Shown: piece by piece, positions 62,001 to 64,000 of the stretch
Layout of the letters: each line of letters opens with the position of its first letter
How positions within the stretch are numbered: position 1 is the stretch's first letter
Source: Eledone cirrhosa
Taxonomy: Eukaryota
Assembly: GCA_964016885.1 (NCBI GenBank)
Contig: OZ024740.1
Span: 438,278,001-438,342,000 of the forward strand
Length of the DNA stretch: 64,000 bases
Reading direction: 5' to 3'
Translations under genes and position numbers: made by a program
The notes under the pieces: model-generated
What the model was told of the DNA's origin: nothing
Databases searched by the model: none
What the model saw: the letters and a program-made list of their open reading frames with translations, nothing else

Positions 62001-64000
62001 ACATCTTAATATAACATACCTTAATAGAAAACACCTTTATAGAACATAGCTTTATAGAACATAGCTTAATAGAACATACCTTTATAGTAAATAGCTTAAT
62101 AGAACATACCTTTATAGAACAGACCTCAATAGAACACATCTTTATAGAACACACCTTTATAGAACATAGCTTAATAGAACATACCTTTATAGAACAGACC
62201 TTTATAGAACATACCTTCATAGAACATACCTTTATAGTACAAACCTTTATAGTACATACTTTATAGTACATACCTTTATAGAATATACCTTTATAGAACA
62301 GACCTTTATAGAACACACCTTTATAGAACATACCTTAATAGAACATTCCTTTATAGAACAGGCCTTTATAGAACATACCGTTATAGTACATACCTTTATA
62401 GTACATACCTTAATAGAACATGCCTTTATAGAAAATACCTTTATAGAACAGACCTTTATAGAGCATACCTTTATAGAACACAACTTAATAGAACATACCT
62501 TTATAGAACATACCTTTATAGAACATACCTTTATAGAACATACCTTTATAGAACATACCTTTATAGAACATACCTTTATAGAACATACCTTTATAGAATA
62601 TACCTTTATAGAATATACCTTTATAGAACAGACCTTTATAGAACATACCTTTATAGAACATACCTTTATGGAACATACCTTTATAGAACAGACCTTTATA
62701 GAACATACCTTTATAGAACATACCTTTATGGAACATACCTTTATAGAACACACCTTTATAGAACATACCTTTATAGAACACACCTTTATAGAACATACAT
62801 TTATAGAAAAACCCTTTATAGAACACACCTTTATAATACATACCTTTATAGAACACACCTTTATAGAACATCCCTTTATAGAACATACCTTTATAGAATA
62901 GACCTTTATAGAACATACCTTTATAGAACATACCTTTATAGAACATACCTTTATAGAACATACCTTTATAGAACACACCTTTATAGAACATACCTTTATA
63001 GAACATACCTTTATAGAATAGACCTTTATAGAACATACCTTTTTAGAACACACCTTTATAGAACATACCTTTATAGAACACATCTTTATAGAAAATACCT
63101 TTATATTACACAACTTTATAGTACACACCTTTAGCGTACATACCTTAATAGAACAGACCTTTATAGAACATATCTTTAGAGAAGATACCTTTATAGAATA
63201 GACCTTTATAGAACACACCTTTATAGAATGCAGCTTTATAGAACAGACATTTATAGAACACACCTTTATAGAACATATCTTTATAGAACACATCTTAATA
63301 TAACATACCTTAATAGAAAAAACCTTTATAGAACATAGCTTAATAGAACATACCTTTATAGTAAATACCTTAATAGAACATACCTTTATAGAACAGACCT
63401 TTATAGAACATACCTTCATAGAACATACCTTTATAGTACAAACCTTTATAGTACATACTTTATAGTACATACCTTTATAGAATATACCTTTATAGAACAG
63501 ACCTTTATAGAACACACCTTTATAGAACATACCTTTATAGAACATACTTTAATAGAACATGCCTTTATAGAACAGACCTTTATAGAACATACCTTTATAG
63601 TTATTACCTTTATAGAACATACCTTAATAGAACATACCTTTATAGAACACACCTTTATAGAACAGACCCTTATAGAACATGCCTTTATAGGAAATACCTT
63701 TATAGAACAGACCTTTATAGAGCATACCTTTATAGAACACAACTTAATAGAACATACCTTTATAGAACATACCTTTATAGAACATACCTTTATAGAACAT
63801 ACCTTTATAGAACATACCTTTATAGAACATACCTTTATAGAACATACCTTTATAGAATATACCTTTATAGAATATACCTTTATAGAACAGACCTTTATAG
63901 AACATAACTTTATAGAACATACCTTTATGGAACATACCTTTATAGAACAGACCTTTATAGAACATACCTTTATAGAAAATACCTTTATAGAACATACCTT
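59010..64000. repeat. Higher-order repeat, about 2.07-2.16 kb period, with a further partial copy at offset about 1.2 kb
   Basis: Offsets are 2069 (59115/61184) and 2159 (60326/62485, 60509/62668). The shared 1-bp deletion GTACATACTTTATAGTAC occurs at about 60100, 62259 and 63458. Confidence 0.87.

Larger units (their letters stand above)
1..64000. repeat. 15-bp tandem satellite array, consensus TTTATAGAACATACC, about 4,270 monomers, single orientation, extends beyond both window edges
   Basis: Every line consists of the 15-mer or substitution variants of it. TTTATAG starts at 6 (mod 15 = 6) and at 63969 (mod 15 = 9). This net +3 shift is exactly accounted for by the 13 small indels found. 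Confidence 0.99.

Noticed and set aside
576-63995. All ORFs in the track (MFYKG, VCSIK, IEHTF and YRTYL repeats) as protein-coding genes
   Set aside because: A 15-bp monomer is 5 codons and is stop-free in four frames. The ORFs overlap on both strands, start and stop at arbitrary variant monomers, and have no non-repetitive domain.
1-64000. CRISPR array or other repeat-spacer system
   Set aside because: There are no unique spacers, no leader and no cas genes. Monomers abut directly.
1-64000. Telomerase-synthesised telomeric repeat (strand-asymmetric G/C)
   Set aside because: The monomer is G-poor, with only GG on the minus strand. Variants are inherited through kb-scale duplications, which indicates recombination rather than templated addition. 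A subtelomeric location cannot be excluded.
1-64000. Variant string as an encoded message, synthetic construct or antigenic-variation cassette library
   Set aside because: The variant order is explained by nested duplication with accumulated mutation. No expression site, recombinase, linker or unique flanks are present.
1-64000. Phased A-tract curvature, G-quadruplex or strong hairpin structure
   Set aside because: T-runs are only 3 bp and the 15-bp period is out of phase with the 10.5-bp helix. There are no G-runs, and dyad symmetry is limited to TATA, TTAA and GTAC cores.
1-64000. Embedded transposon, inversion or unique island
   Set aside because: None was seen. No reverse-orientation monomer (GGTATGTTCTATAAA) and no non-monomer stretch was found on the + strand.

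Overview
The whole 64 kb window is one uninterrupted, head-to-tail tandem array (satellite DNA) of a 15-bp monomer, consensus TTTATAGAACATACC (reverse complement GGTATGTTCTATAAA). It holds about 4,270 copies, is about 27% GC by consensus, and is strongly G-poor on the + strand. I found no unique sequence, gene, RNA gene, transposon insertion, inversion or CRISPR array. Every ORF in the track is a translation of the monomer, which is open in 4 of 6 frames (FIEHT and YRTYL on +; GMFYK and VCSIK on -). The real structure is higher-order. Diagnostic variant monomers reveal nested and patchwork duplications with periods of about 3.8-4.0 kb, 6179, 2205, 1320, 2070/2085, 525/2010, 4154-4395, 1305, 1320-1395 and 2069-2159 bp. 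There is also a 3-monomer marker cassette recurring about 49 times, and region-specific variant layers. The 15-bp register is strictly kept, with only 13 register breaks from about 6 independent events. A eukaryotic heterochromatic or (peri)centromeric origin is inferred, and I do not recognise the satellite family. I cannot support a new gene system here. The most testable oddity is that the commonest variants are synonymous or conservative in the minus-strand VCSIK frame. Internal boundaries were read by eye and are approximate.
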